From Octopus sinensis (lineage: Eukaryota): a stretch of 64,000 bases of DNA. Of the stretch, positions 63,225-64,000 are shown piece after piece; position 1 is the stretch's first letter; each line of letters starts with the position of its first letter. The stretch spans positions 77,934,001 to 77,998,000 of the forward strand of contig NC_043002.1 in the NCBI RefSeq assembly GCF_006345805.1, given 5' to 3'. Made by a program: the position numbers and the translations under genes. The notes beneath the pieces were generated by a model. That model saw nothing but the letters and a program-made list of their open reading frames with translations. It was not told where the DNA came from and did no database searches.

Positions 63225-64000
63225 TAAGAATAAACCATTGTATTTGGCATTTATTGACTTAGAAAAAGCTTTTGACATTGTACCCTTCTGTGTGATATAG
63301 TGGGCTCTGAGGAAGTTAAGGGTAGATGAGCAGTTTGTGAAAGCTGTTCAAGCCATGTACAGAGGTGTTGTCAGTAAGGTGAAAGTTAACCATGAATATA
63401 GTGATGAATTTAGTGTAGATGTAGGCATTCATCAGGGTTCGGTTCTCAGTTCTCTCCTATTCATCATCATCCTCCAGACCATAACAGAGGAATTCAAGAC
63501 CAGCTACTCCAGGAACTATTGCATGCATGATGATCTTGCTCTTATAGCAGATCTTCTTACAGAACTAGAAAAGACATTCCAGTTGTGGAAGTAACACCTG
63601 GAATCAAAGGTCCTTAAGATCAATTTAGTAAAGACTAAGGTTCTACTAAGCAAGAAAACAGACAGGACCCATCTCCCCTCAGGTAAATGGCCCTGCTCAA
63701 TATGTAGAAAAGGTGTTGGCAAGAATTTTGTATGATGTACCCAGTGCAAGCTATGGACATACAAAAGGTGCCATGGTTATCAGAGAAAGTAGTATTTGTA
63801 TGTGGAAGATGCACAGGAGCCATAAAAGCTACAGTTATTAGGGAAATTGATTTTCTTAAATGCCCCAGGGGGCTCTTTACAAGTAGCAGATAATTCCTGC
63901 TACCTAGGGGACCTAATTAGCAGTGGGGGAGGATGCACAGAAAGTGTCATCACTAGAATAAGAATAGAATGAAGAAAATTCAGAGAATTTTTACCACTGT
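63225..64000 (+). pseudogene. RTE-clade LINE reverse transcriptase remnant (runs off the window)
   Basis: KNKPLYLAFIDLEKAFD...GIHQGSVLSSLLF...HDDLALI (decayed YADD)...KTKVL...WPCSICRKGVG; several stops. Confidence 0.88.

Overview
AT-rich, intron- and repeat-dense animal genomic DNA. The tRNA-headed SINE families and gene structures point to a cephalopod, probably Octopus; this is inferred from recalled repeat motifs, not a database search. Two genes lie tail-to-tail. (1) + strand: a Smurf2-like C2-WW-WW-WW-HECT E3 ubiquitin ligase with 15 coding exons from base 1 to 28481. The 5' end is outside the window. All introns are GT-AG, all phases are consistent, and 723 aa are encoded in the window. 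(2) - strand: a complete METTL9 (DREV1) histidine methyltransferase with 6 coding exons from 50480 down to 37523 (307 aa), and a compact ETS/E-box promoter at about 50.66-50.69 kb. The rest is SINEs, LINE 3' fragments (CR1/L2-like, RTE), a full-length decayed mariner, hAT and piggyBac-type MITEs and two Helitron-type elements. Unexplained structure worth follow-up: a 4.8-kb (GGAT)n array punctuated by about 22 copies of a 50-nt hairpin unit and 6 copies of a related unit; a 26-nt H-type-pseudoknot motif arrayed 2-3 times inside a SINE; a multi-hairpin element with a compensatory base-pair change that appears to be the target of an ORF1-only LINE; a 340-nt foldback in a METTL9 intron; and a degenerate hammerhead ribozyme in the last Smurf intron. 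No prokaryotic systems (CRISPR-Cas, operons) are present.
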